A stretch of 36,080 nt of DNA, taken from the IMG/VR virus record IMGVR_UViG_3300025381_000048, positions 1-36,080 of that record. One strand, written 5' to 3'. The DNA comes from a virus. Taxonomy: Duplodnaviria; Caudoviricetes. Positions 8,086-16,264 of this stretch are shown in pieces (the stretch's first letter is position 1; each line of letters starts with the position of its first letter). The position numbers and the translations under genes were made by a program. Below the pieces are notes generated by a model that saw only the letters and a program-made list of their open reading frames with translations, did not search any database and had not been told where the DNA came from.

Positions 8086-8934
8086 TTAGGCAGCGATGCG
8101 CTTCGCTTCAAACGCTTGGATGTAATCCGCTGCCTTGGACGCCTTGGATGCAGCTGCAACTACCGATTTGTTGTCAGCTTTCATCGCTGTAATCCAAGAC
8201 GCCAAATAATCAGCATGACGAACGGCGGGCTCTACGCCCAAAGACGCGCACAAAAACGCGCTGGTCATTTCCGCCGTCAATTCCTCAATTGCGTATGCGT
8301 GGTCTCCGAACCGTCTACCGAACTGCCGATCTAACCGGCTGGCATGGCCGGTCCAATGCCCAAGTTCGTGTAGTGCGACCTGATACCAACCCATCGGATT
8401 AGGAAATGCACTAAGGGGAGGCATCACAACGTGATCCGCAGTAGGGTTATAATAGGCGCGGTCGCCGCTAATCATTACGTGCGCCCCTGTGTTGGCGATC
8501 AAATCGTCGGCAGCAATGTGCTGTTGCGGTACGCTTAACGGCAAACGCTCTGCAATCGCAGCCAAACCCGAACATTGGGCAGCGTTGAAAACAGTGTACG
8601 ATTTGAGGAAAAATATAGGCTTTGCATCATCCCCCTTCGGCATAAACCGATCGGCATAAACAACCGAGGTGCCCTTCTCTCCCTTCATCACGGAACCGCC
8701 AAGCGCAACCGCCTGCTTGAATGTAAGCCACGATTGCGAGCCGAACCGCGATCCGGCGATCCACAACAGGGGGATGTTAATCCCGGAATACGCTTTCCCT
8801 GTAACCGCGTTGTGGGGCAATTTCGTGGTGGTGGCGTTGCCATCCTTCCACGGCTTAACCCAAGGAATGCAACCCGCCTCTAATTGAGCGAGGATACTGT
8901 CAGTCACGGCTTGATAGATATCGGTTTTGGTCAC
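8086..8934 (-). CDS. ardC: ArdC-family antirestriction protein (ssDNA-binding N-domain plus zincin-like domain)
   Basis: DIYQAVTDSI, PWVKPW, YSGIN, WLTFKQA, YTVFN, ALHELGHWTG and YAIEELTAE; GTG start at 8934 behind SD AGGGGA. Confidence 0.9.
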   Translation of the reverse strand: MTKTDIYQAVTDSILAQLEAGCIPWVKPWKDGNATTTKLPHNAVTGKAYSGINIPLLWIAGSRFGSQSWLTFKQAVALGGSVMKGEKGTSVVYADRFMPKGDDAKPIFFLKSYTVFNAAQCSGLAAIAERLPLSVPQQHIAADDLIANTGAHVMISGDRAYYNPTADHVVMPPLSAFPNPMGWYQVALHELGHWTGHASRLDRQFGRRFGDHAYAIEELTAEMTSAFLCASLGVEPAVRHADYLASWITAMKADNKSVVAAASKASKAADYIQAFEAKRIAA

Positions 8935-8956
8935 GGGATAATCCCCTATGTTGTGG

Positions 8957-8970
8957 GGGGCCGAAGCCCC
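8957..8970 (-). promoter_or_regulatory. C(UUCG)G tetraloop hairpin in the ardC leader
   Basis: GGGGC-TTCG-GCCCC on the minus strand with no U-tract, so more likely a stability or processing element than a terminator. Confidence 0.55.
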
Positions 8971-8983
8971 GCTGTCTGTTGTT

Positions 8984-9280
8984 TTAGAAGTCGCCGTAGA
9001 GCTGGCCATCTTCGCCGAGCCAAACGCAGTAATCTCCGACCGGCTCGCCGTATAAGTCTATGACTGGCACGAGGACCACCGTCACGCCGTCATCGTCATG
9101 CCATCGAGCCGGGCCGGTCGTGTGGCCGTCATAGCCCCAGCTCGAGAGCATGGATTGCGCGTATTCCGTTGCGGCCGCCACCATCCAGGCGCTAAACCAG
9201 TACACTGCCGGCTTGTCGGTTGCGATCACATCGGCGCGAGCTGCTTCTACTAAACGCATGATGTCTGCGGGAATGTTCAT
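8984..9280 (-). CDS. Hypothetical protein, first gene of the early block
   Basis: 98 aa; SD GGAG. Confidence 0.7.
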   Translation of the reverse strand: MNIPADIMRLVEAARADVIATDKPAVYWFSAWMVAAATEYAQSMLSSWGYDGHTTGPARWHDDDGVTVVLVPVIDLYGEPVGDYCVWLGEDGQLYGDF

Positions 9281-9410
9281 GTCTTCGTCTCCGTGGCGTG
9301 ATTGCCTAAGCGCATACTGCCAGAGCTAGACCTGGTTGTGTGTCTTATCTTTTCACCGTTTGTCGTATTTTATTGCAGCCTGCTGTCGCAATCTCTTCCC
9401 CTGCGTGCGC

Positions 9411-9464
9411 GTCTATAGCTCTACAGCTCTATAGCTCTATAGCTATAGCTATATATCTATAGAC
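9411..9464. repeat. CTATAG palindrome array
   Basis: CTATAG at 9413, 9429, 9437, 9443 and 9457; variants at 9421 and 9449; bounded by the inverted pair GTCTATAG/CTATAGAC. Confidence 0.9.
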
Positions 9465-9497
9465 TGCCCACCGCGCTGTCGCAGCGCCACCCAGCAA

Positions 9498-9710
9498 CTC
9501 GAGTGGGCAAGTGTGCGGGAGTGCTCCTACTCTGACCGCCCCTCGAGCTACCGCTCGACCGCCCCTCGAGCACCGCTCGAGCTACCGCTCGACCTCCCCC
9601 CGGAACGCTATTTGGGCCAGCAATCTCGACCAGTCTCGAGCATAGACATGCTCACGCTTCACGCGCAGCCTGCTCGAGCATTGGACGCCTTCCTCGAGCA
9701 TCCGCTCGGC
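9498..9710. repeat. CTCGA(G/C) array
   Basis: CTCGAG at 9498, 9542, 9565, 9576, 9635, 9673 and 9693; CTCGAC at 9554, 9588 and 9625; 19-bp direct repeat at 9542 and 9576. Confidence 0.9.
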
Positions 9711-9804
9711 AGGCAAACGGGATGGCCACGGCATGGGCCCTGGGCCCCCTCATGCGGGTGCCCCTTTCGCAACTCCCCCCAAGAAAAAACCATGTTTGCG
9801 GCAC

Positions 9805-9833
9805 TTCAATTATTTGTTAAAACCATATATAAC
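9805..9833 (+). promoter_or_regulatory. Sigma70-type rightward promoter
   Basis: TTCAAT-N17-TATAAC followed by SD GAGGAGG and ATG 9855. Confidence 0.6.
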
Positions 9834-9854
9834 TTTATGAGGAGGATTTGTTGT

Positions 9855-10271
9855 ATGGCGATGCGTGAAGAATCATTGAAGCGTTTGAACCGGATACTTG
9901 ACCGTTGGGCGGTTAATGTTCGGTTGCGGGACATTGCTGATGGGGAGGGCGTTAGCCTGACCACAATTTTGTCTTACTTGAAGTATGCTCGTGAGACTGG
10001 GGACCATCGTGCGCATGTTCGTCGAGTGCGTCCGGCTGAACAGCCTATTCGGTTTTTGGATGCGTGTATGCTCTCTGGGAAGGAGGGTGTTTCGTATGAT
10101 GATCTGAAGGAATTGCTTTGGCCGCACGGTTATTTGCCTGTGTCCTGGCGGTCAATCATGAGTTTGTGTGCGCAGAAGAATAGGAAGCAGGGACATGCAA
10201 TCATCGCCTCGAAGCAAAGGTATTACTACGTTGGCGAGGATGAGCCTGCGGCAAAGGTTGATGCTGAGTAG
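9855..10271 (+). CDS. HTH/winged-helix DNA-binding protein in the small-terminase position
   Basis: RLRDIADGEGVSLTTILSYL HTH and a second VSYDDLKELLW helix; strong SD; directly precedes terL. Confidence 0.65.
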   Translation: MAMREESLKRLNRILDRWAVNVRLRDIADGEGVSLTTILSYLKYARETGDHRAHVRRVRPAEQPIRFLDACMLSGKEGVSYDDLKELLWPHGYLPVSWRSIMSLCAQKNRKQGHAIIASKQRYYYVGEDEPAAKVDAE

Positions 10272-10295
10272 CAGCTTCTACGTGGAGAGCGTGGT

Positions 10296-12056
10296 ATGAA
10301 GTTCGATCTTAAGAAGTTCTACAAGTTTTGTTCGGAGCTTCAGATTGAGACCAAGGAACAGGGTCTGAAGAAACTTGGCACCCTGCTTGGCACTCAGACC
10401 TATGTGATGGAGGAGATTCAGAAGGGTCTTGAGAACGATATCCATCATTATGTGATTCTGAAAGGGCGTCAGCAAGGCATTACGACAATCAGTCTGGCGT
10501 TGGACTTGTATTGGGTGTTCACACATCCGGGTTTGGGTGCGACGTTGGTGACTGACACGGAGGAAAACCGTGAGATGTTCCGCAGCACTCTTGGCATGTA
10601 TCACGAGCATTTGCCGCGTGAATGGAAGATGCCGGTTGATAGCCACAACCGGAATCAGATGGTGCTGAAGAACCGAAGCCGGTTGTTTTATCAGGTGGCC
10701 GGGTTGCGAGCGAAAGGCACTCTGGGGCGCGGCAAAGCTATTACCTACCTTCACGGCACGGAGACAAGTTCATGGGGTGATGAGGAGGGTTTGGCGTCCT
10801 TGTTGGCTTCGTTGGCGGAAACCAACCCCGACAGGTTGTATATGTTTGAGAGCACGGCTCGCGGCTTCAACATGTTTCATGACATGTATATCACGGCCAA
10901 AAGAGCCAAAACGCAGAAGGCTATTTTCTGCGGTTGGTGGCGGAACGAGTTCTACTCTGTCGATGCGGAATCTCAGGTTTACAAAGTCTATTGGGATGGT
11001 CGATTGACCGGCGAGGAGAAAGAATGGGTCCGGGATATCAAGAAGCTTTATGGCGTAGAGATCAATTCACGTCAGATGGCTTGGTGGCGTTGGAAACTGT
11101 CTGAAGGCATTCGTGATGATGCTTTGATGTATCAGGAGTTTCCGCCCACTGAGGACTACGCTTTCATTATGACCGGCAGTTCGTTCTTCTCGAACGCTCG
11201 CTGCACGGATGCGATGAAAGACGCGAAGAAGATGGTGCCGGAGGTGTATCGCTATGTGATGGGCGCGCACTTTGCCGACACTGAGGTTGTGCGTTCGTCT
11301 GACAAGCTGGCAACGCTTAGGATTTGGGAACAGCCGATTGACACGGCTTACTACGTCATTGGCGCTGACCCGGCGTATGGATCTAGCGATTGGGCAGATA
11401 GGTTCTGCATTAGCGTCTGGCGTTGCTACTCGGACGGCATGGAACAGGTTGCCGAGTTTGCAACCAGTGAAATGAACACTTATCAATTTGCCTGGGTGAT
11501 TAGTCATCTTGCTGGCGCGTATCGCAATTCAACGCTTAACCTGGAAGTGAACGGACCTGGACAAGCCGTCATCAATGAGTTGCGCAACTTGCGGCGTCAG
11601 GCGGTCAGCATAGGCGGGCAGCACGGTAAAGATCTGATGGATGTGCTGGGGCATATGTCCAACTACATCTGGCGGAAGAACGACACGTTGAGCGGTCCAA
11701 GCAATGCTATGGGATGGGTAACAACGGTATCGTCCAAAGAGCGGATGATGAGTTACCTGAAGGACTATTTTGAACGAGGCATGATGCGCGTATGCAGTCA
11801 GGATCTGATCGAAGAAATGAAGACCATTCGCCGTGACGGCGCTTCGATTGAGGCTGGCGGACGCGGAAAAGATGATCGCGTGATTGGCGCTGCGTTGGCG
11901 GCAGCTGCTTATGCTGAACAGGTGCAACCACGATTGGTGGCAATGAAACTAAGCCGTGCGGTCAACAAGTCTCAGGAGAACAGGACTCCTGAACAACTCA
12001 GCGTGGGCCGCAACGTATCGGACTACCTCAAAAACATTGGCATGTATGGTTCCTGA
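10296..12056 (+). CDS. terL: Terminase large subunit
   Basis: ILKGRQQGITT (Walker A), YLHGTE (Walker B), ESTARG, IGADPA and KDDRV (RNase H-like nuclease). Confidence 0.92.
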   Translation: MKFDLKKFYKFCSELQIETKEQGLKKLGTLLGTQTYVMEEIQKGLENDIHHYVILKGRQQGITTISLALDLYWVFTHPGLGATLVTDTEENREMFRSTLGMYHEHLPREWKMPVDSHNRNQMVLKNRSRLFYQVAGLRAKGTLGRGKAITYLHGTETSSWGDEEGLASLLASLAETNPDRLYMFESTARGFNMFHDMYITAKRAKTQKAIFCGWWRNEFYSVDAESQVYKVYWDGRLTGEEKEWVRDIKKLYGVEINSRQMAWWRWKLSEGIRDDALMYQEFPPTEDYAFIMTGSSFFSNARCTDAMKDAKKMVPEVYRYVMGAHFADTEVVRSSDKLATLRIWEQPIDTAYYVIGADPAYGSSDWADRFCISVWRCYSDGMEQVAEFATSEMNTYQFAWVISHLAGAYRNSTLNLEVNGPGQAVINELRNLRRQAVSIGGQHGKDLMDVLGHMSNYIWRKNDTLSGPSNAMGWVTTVSSKERMMSYLKDYFERGMMRVCSQDLIEEMKTIRRDGASIEAGGRGKDDRVIGAALAAAAYAEQVQPRLVAMKLSRAVNKSQENRTPEQLSVGRNVSDYLKNIGMYGS

Positions 12057-12457
12057 TGAGCGTCCTGCCCAAAAAAGTCTTGATGGAGCGTATTGACAGG
12101 TTTCTCGCGGATAAGAAACGGGGGATCTCGGCGGCGTTGTTTGCCAACGTGGCGGGCATTACCGAGGATCTGTTCAAGAAATGCTTTATCCAAAAAATCA
12201 ACCCGGTCTCAGAGATAACGCAGATTCGGGTTAGCAGGGCCTTGCAACAGTGGGAAAATGGCGAAATTGCCGTGATGCAAGGCATGTATAACACCCGGTT
12301 CACCGAGTATCGGCGTTCGCCTAAACCACGCATGTACCGCCACCTGGGGCTTCAGGTGGTTGACGGGCAAATAAAGATGGATGTGGGTATTCGCAACCGT
12401 GCGGACTATTCGCGACCAAGTTTCAATCAACAGCTTGAAGGCAATAAAGGGGACTGA
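12056..12457 (+). CDS. Hypothetical protein with HTH-like N-terminus
   Basis: TGATG overlap with terL; GISAALFANVAGIT. Confidence 0.7.
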   Translation: MSVLPKKVLMERIDRFLADKKRGISAALFANVAGITEDLFKKCFIQKINPVSEITQIRVSRALQQWENGEIAVMQGMYNTRFTEYRRSPKPRMYRHLGLQVVDGQIKMDVGIRNRADYSRPSFNQQLEGNKGD

Positions 12458-12458
12458 T

Positions 12459-12929
12459 ATGGCTGTAAAACGTGACTACAAATGCGACCAGCATGGGTTC
12501 TTTGAGGCTTGGGAGCCTGTATGCCCGAATGGCTGCGAGCATGGCATTAACGTTGTGTTCCTTCGCGCACCGTCATACATGTCGGCAAGAACGAAAACTG
12601 CTGATCGCTCGCTTAAAGGCATGGCTCAAGAGTTCGGCATGAGCAACATCAAAAGCACTCGTGAAGGCGAAAGCCAACAGGGGTATTTCACAAGGAACAA
12701 CACGCCGGTTTCTAAACAAGAACAAGAAATGCGTGAAGCGCGTCCGGGTGACAATGCCATTTGGGGCGGCGGAGGCGGCATTAGCATGTCTAATGTTATG
12801 GGCGGAAAAGCATACAAGTCTGTTAAAGGGGAATCTGTTAGTCTATTGCCCAGAGATGTAGGAGACTTGCAAGGACCACGCACCGCAAGTTATATTGCCG
12901 ATCATGAGGGGTTAAAGATCAAAACATGA
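12459..12929 (+). CDS. FmdB-like zinc-ribbon protein
   Basis: DYKCDQHGFFE...CPNGC; ATG 12459 behind SD AGGGGA. Confidence 0.65.
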   Translation: MAVKRDYKCDQHGFFEAWEPVCPNGCEHGINVVFLRAPSYMSARTKTADRSLKGMAQEFGMSNIKSTREGESQQGYFTRNNTPVSKQEQEMREARPGDNAIWGGGGGISMSNVMGGKAYKSVKGESVSLLPRDVGDLQGPRTASYIADHEGLKIKT

Positions 12930-14560
12930 TTATCCCGTCCGATGCTGATGAGCGAGAGTTTTTCTATTTAGACCTAGCTGAGAAGTGTTACGTTTCGCAA
13001 AATGAGCGAAAGGGCGATTATGTTTCCCTGCGTAGCTATTTCTTGTTTGGCTCTGGTCCTGAAGAAAGCCCAGCGCATTATAACAAGATCTACCCGCATA
13101 TCGACCAGCTTGTGTCATTCCTCTACAGCGCGGACCAAACCCGTTTTTCTATTGCGTTGGGTGCAGCAGTCAAAGAAGCGGAACATTCCAAGATCCCCGT
13201 CTTGACTCAGGCTCTTAACGACGAATGGTCAAACACCAACGCTGACAACATCTTTAGCATGGCCCTAACGTGGTCACTGGTGTTTGGCTGCACGTTTGTC
13301 AAATTGGTGCGTCGCCCTGGCGGCATTACACCGTATATGGTTGAGCCTGGAGCCATTGGCGTGTTGCGCGAGGATGTGCCTTACACGGATCGCCAAGAGG
13401 CTTTGTGCCAGACCTACTACATCACCAAATCCGAATTGGCGCGAAACCTATACCGACACCCGCGCCGTGAAGCGTTGATGAAACGCATTACCTCCTCCAT
13501 CCATGCACCGACCGAGATTCCGAATGCGGTCAACCGCATTATCATGTCGCAGAGCAATCCGACCATTTACGGCAACGTAAACTTGGATCTGTCTGGGGTG
13601 AACCGCATGCGGCCGCAGGTGGCTGAAGATACGATCGAGATGCGGGAGCTCTACGTCTACAACGATGAGACGCAAGACTATCAGATTGTCACGATTGCCG
13701 ACCCCGGCGTTGTAATTTATGACCGCCCGTTGTGGAACGAGGATTCAAACAAGGCAATTTTCTTAAAAGGAGAGTTGCCGTTTGTGCATTTGAATCCCAA
13801 CCCCCAGTTTGACTACTATTGGGGGCAGTCTGAAGTTTCTCGCCTCATTTATCTGCAAGAAATGCGCAACAAGCGGATGAGTGAGATACTTGATCTGTTG
13901 TCCAAGCAAGTAAACCCTCCGACAGCTTTGATGGGCTTTACTGGCATTTTGGATGAAAAGAACTTTGCTCTTAACCGTGCTGGCGGGTTGTTGGCGACCG
14001 ACATGCCCAATTCAAAGGTTGAGAAACTTGCGCCTGAAATCCCGCAGGACCTTTACAAGGAAATTGGCGAGATTGACGCAATGTTTGCTGAAGCCTCTGG
14101 TATCAGCAGCATTCTCTCCGGTCATGGCGAGTCTGGAGTTCGTTCTTCTGGTCACGCTTCGCAGTTGGCGCGGCTTGGGTCTTCCCGTGCGAAGAAGCGC
14201 GCTCTTATCGTTGAGGATGCGCTTGAGAAAATGGCGACACTCTATCTGCGGCTGATGCAGATGGACGACGACACGTCTTTCCGCGATGCAAATGGCATGG
14301 ATTTTATCGCGGAGCAGTTTACTAAGGATTTTGTCGTCAAGGTTGACGCGCATTCCAATAGTCCAATTTTCATGGAAGATTTGCGCACTTTGGCGTTTAA
14401 TCTGTTCAAGGCAGGCGCGATCGACAAAGAGAGCTTGCTGGATCTTCTGGAGCCTCCAATGAAGCAGTTGTTGAAAGACAAGCTGAAAAAGAACGAGGCA
14501 AAAGCAGCCGCGCAACCGCACCATGAAGGCGGTGGCGCAAAATTAAAACAGGTGAAGTAA
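12926..14560 (+). CDS. Portal protein
   Basis: 544 aa between terminase and scaffold; LPFV..YYWGQSEV..LIYLQ motif and helical C-terminal half typical of podovirus portals. Confidence 0.85.
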   Translation: MIIPSDADEREFFYLDLAEKCYVSQNERKGDYVSLRSYFLFGSGPEESPAHYNKIYPHIDQLVSFLYSADQTRFSIALGAAVKEAEHSKIPVLTQALNDEWSNTNADNIFSMALTWSLVFGCTFVKLVRRPGGITPYMVEPGAIGVLREDVPYTDRQEALCQTYYITKSELARNLYRHPRREALMKRITSSIHAPTEIPNAVNRIIMSQSNPTIYGNVNLDLSGVNRMRPQVAEDTIEMRELYVYNDETQDYQIVTIADPGVVIYDRPLWNEDSNKAIFLKGELPFVHLNPNPQFDYYWGQSEVSRLIYLQEMRNKRMSEILDLLSKQVNPPTALMGFTGILDEKNFALNRAGGLLATDMPNSKVEKLAPEIPQDLYKEIGEIDAMFAEASGISSILSGHGESGVRSSGHASQLARLGSSRAKKRALIVEDALEKMATLYLRLMQMDDDTSFRDANGMDFIAEQFTKDFVVKVDAHSNSPIFMEDLRTLAFNLFKAGAIDKESLLDLLEPPMKQLLKDKLKKNEAKAAAQPHHEGGGAKLKQVK

Positions 14561-14709
14561 TGGCTGATGAAACTCCTCGTGGCGATCAGCCAAGAATTCA
14601 AACTTCCCAGTTGAATGCAGGTAGAGATGGCGCAGGCATTGAATATCGCGTATCCTCTATTCGCACGTCCGCGCCGCGCGCTAATACGCGCCGCTTGGAT
14701 CGTGAATGA
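14560..14709 (+). CDS. 49-aa protein with Arg-rich C-terminus (not in the ORF track)
   Basis: TAATG overlap with the portal stop; MADETPRGDQPR...RTSAPRANTRRLDRE. Confidence 0.65.
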   Translation: MADETPRGDQPRIQTSQLNAGRDGAGIEYRVSSIRTSAPRANTRRLDRE

Positions 14710-14723
14710 AGGGGGGTGATTTG

Positions 14724-14765
14724 ATGTATCGCGCCATGAAACGTGCTCGCCGTCGCGCTCGCTAA
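14724..14765 (+). CDS. Protamine-like micro-peptide MYRAMKRARRRAR (13 aa)
   Basis: SD-like AGGGGGGTGA immediately upstream; 7 of 13 residues basic. Confidence 0.55.
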   Translation: MYRAMKRARRRAR

Positions 14766-14815
14766 ATGACGGTGGCCCAGGGGACGCAACTCAAATTATG
14801 AAAGGAGGATTTATT

Positions 14816-14848
14816 ATGGCTAAGGGCCGCAAGCACCGCCGGAAGTAA
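14816..14848 (+). CDS. Basic micro-peptide MAKGRKHRRK (10 aa)
   Basis: Perfect SD AAGGAGG, AT-rich spacer, then ATG; 6 K/R plus one H. Confidence 0.65.
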   Translation: MAKGRKHRRK

Positions 14849-14923
14849 CTAACAGACGGGTTTAGCCCGTTGTTAGTCTCCGATGTCCGCTGAGGGGGAC
14901 GGACCTCAAATATATTCCCCCTT
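14848..14923 (+). ncRNA. Candidate structured RNA: 12-bp hairpin followed by an H-type pseudoknot
   Basis: Hairpin ACTAACA(G)ACGGG/CCCGTTGTTAGT at 14848-14877. GTCCG/CGGAC stem whose loop AGGGGGA pairs with TCCCCCT at 14916-14922. Confidence 0.45.
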
Positions 14924-14977
14924 GTTTTATTATGCCAAAATCTGCTAACGCGGATTCATTATTAACTGGAGCGTAAG

Positions 14978-15475
14978 GTGTCTGATTCGACTTCTAAGAT
15001 GATGGAGTTGATGCAAGCGCAGCAATCTGCGCCGGGCGCTGCTATTGGGTCTGACCCCAATGCTCCTCAACCGCCGTCTGCGGCTCCTATGTCAAATCCT
15101 GAACCTCGTCTTGGAACGCAGGAATCGGCTCGAATCAATATTGGTTTGGCGATGGATCTTCTTGAGCAATCGCTGCCGGGTCTTGGTGCTGAAAGCGATG
15201 AAGGGCAAAAAGTCATGTCGGCTCTTAAGAGCCTGACGGGCATGATGGGTCCGCGCACCGCCAAGACTAACAGCCTCAAGAATGCTGAGATTCTTCAGAT
15301 GCTGCAAACCCTGCCAAATGCAGGCGGTGGCAGTCCTGAAGCTAGGGCTATGGCGGCTTCTCCGCCGATGCCCGGTGCGCCTCCTGGCGCTCCTCCGCCC
15401 ATGCCGCCCGGTGGTATGCCCGGTGGTATGCCTCCAATGCCGCCCGGTGGCGGCGCTCCGCCCATGCAAGGATAA
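14978..15475 (+). CDS. Pro/Gly/Met-rich head-module protein
   Basis: GTG start with SD GGAG; low-complexity PPMPPGG C-terminal tail. Confidence 0.75.
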   Translation: MSDSTSKMMELMQAQQSAPGAAIGSDPNAPQPPSAAPMSNPEPRLGTQESARINIGLAMDLLEQSLPGLGAESDEGQKVMSALKSLTGMMGPRTAKTNSLKNAEILQMLQTLPNAGGGSPEARAMAASPPMPGAPPGAPPPMPPGGMPGGMPPMPPGGGAPPMQG

Positions 15476-15479
15476 GATC

Positions 15480-15665
15480 ATGGAACTTTTCAAGCCGAGG
15501 GGCGCTGGTGTCATCCGCCGCCCGACTAGCGACCAGCAGATGCATGGTCCAATCTACAACCCGCCGCGCTACGCGCATCTTGGTGGGCTTTCTTCTGCGT
15601 CCAAGACTGGACCGAAGAACAACCTGTCGATCAAGAAGCCCGGCGACGGGCATAAAGTCATCTGA
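15480..15665 (+). CDS. Small basic hypothetical protein (61 aa)
   Basis: MELFKPRGAG...; SD AAGGA; fills the gap before the scaffold gene. Confidence 0.7.
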   Translation: MELFKPRGAGVIRRPTSDQQMHGPIYNPPRYAHLGGLSSASKTGPKNNLSIKKPGDGHKVI

Positions 15666-15683
15666 ATAGGTTAGGGGACAGAC

Positions 15684-16226
15684 ATGCCTTCTCTCGAAGA
15701 TCTTTCGCCGGAAGCCCGCGATGAACTCGCGGCTTTGGCGCGTCAGCTTGCTGAAAATCCGGCCACTCGCAAAGACTTTTTGCGTCTGACCAAAAAAGCC
15801 AAGCCTGACATGACGATCCCGGAAATCGACATTGAAGATCGCACCACGAGTGCGATTGACGCTTCAGACGCCCGTGTTCGTCAGCTTGAAGCTAGGCTTC
15901 AGGAAAAAGAGGCTCTTGAAGATCTTGAGCGTCGCCGCACCAACCTTATGAAAAAAGGCATGGTGAAAAGCGAAAGCGAGATCGAGGAAGTGGAGAAGAT
16001 CATGTTGGAGAAGGGTATTACTTCTCACGAAACCGCAGCGGATTACCATCGCTGGATGCGTGAACAGGCCGCGCCGACTCCCACTTCCTATAACCGGAAC
16101 GTGATGGACGACACTGCCAAGACTACGCTTTCGGCGTTCTGGAAAAACCCGCAGATGGCTGCAAGGAATGAAGCGGCAAAGGCTTTTAATGAGTTGCGCA
16201 AACCCACGCGACCCATTGGCATTTGA
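15684..16226 (+). CDS. Capsid scaffolding protein (putative)
   Basis: Charged helical/coiled-coil 180-aa protein directly upstream of the capsid gene. Confidence 0.7.
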   Translation: MPSLEDLSPEARDELAALARQLAENPATRKDFLRLTKKAKPDMTIPEIDIEDRTTSAIDASDARVRQLEARLQEKEALEDLERRRTNLMKKGMVKSESEIEEVEKIMLEKGITSHETAADYHRWMREQAAPTPTSYNRNVMDDTAKTTLSAFWKNPQMAARNEAAKAFNELRKPTRPIGI

Positions 16227-16264
16227 CGTTTTGTAGGGGACTTAATTTTTTTCGGAGATAAACC

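Noticed and set aside
9498-9710. Mini-CRISPR, or N-terminal coding extension of the ORF from 9513
   Set aside because: The repeats are only 6-19 bp with irregular short gaps. A promoter and strong SD point to a start at 9855.
10455-10490. Terminase Walker A reading RQQGITT rather than GKT
   Set aside because: LKxRQxG(I/F)(S/T)T variants are familiar in large terminases, so this is not evidence of inactivation.
14858-14864. GGGTTTA slippery heptamer with downstream pseudoknot as a -1 frameshift signal
   Set aside because: It lies after a stop codon and about 20 nt from the pseudoknot, much longer than the usual 5-9 nt spacer.
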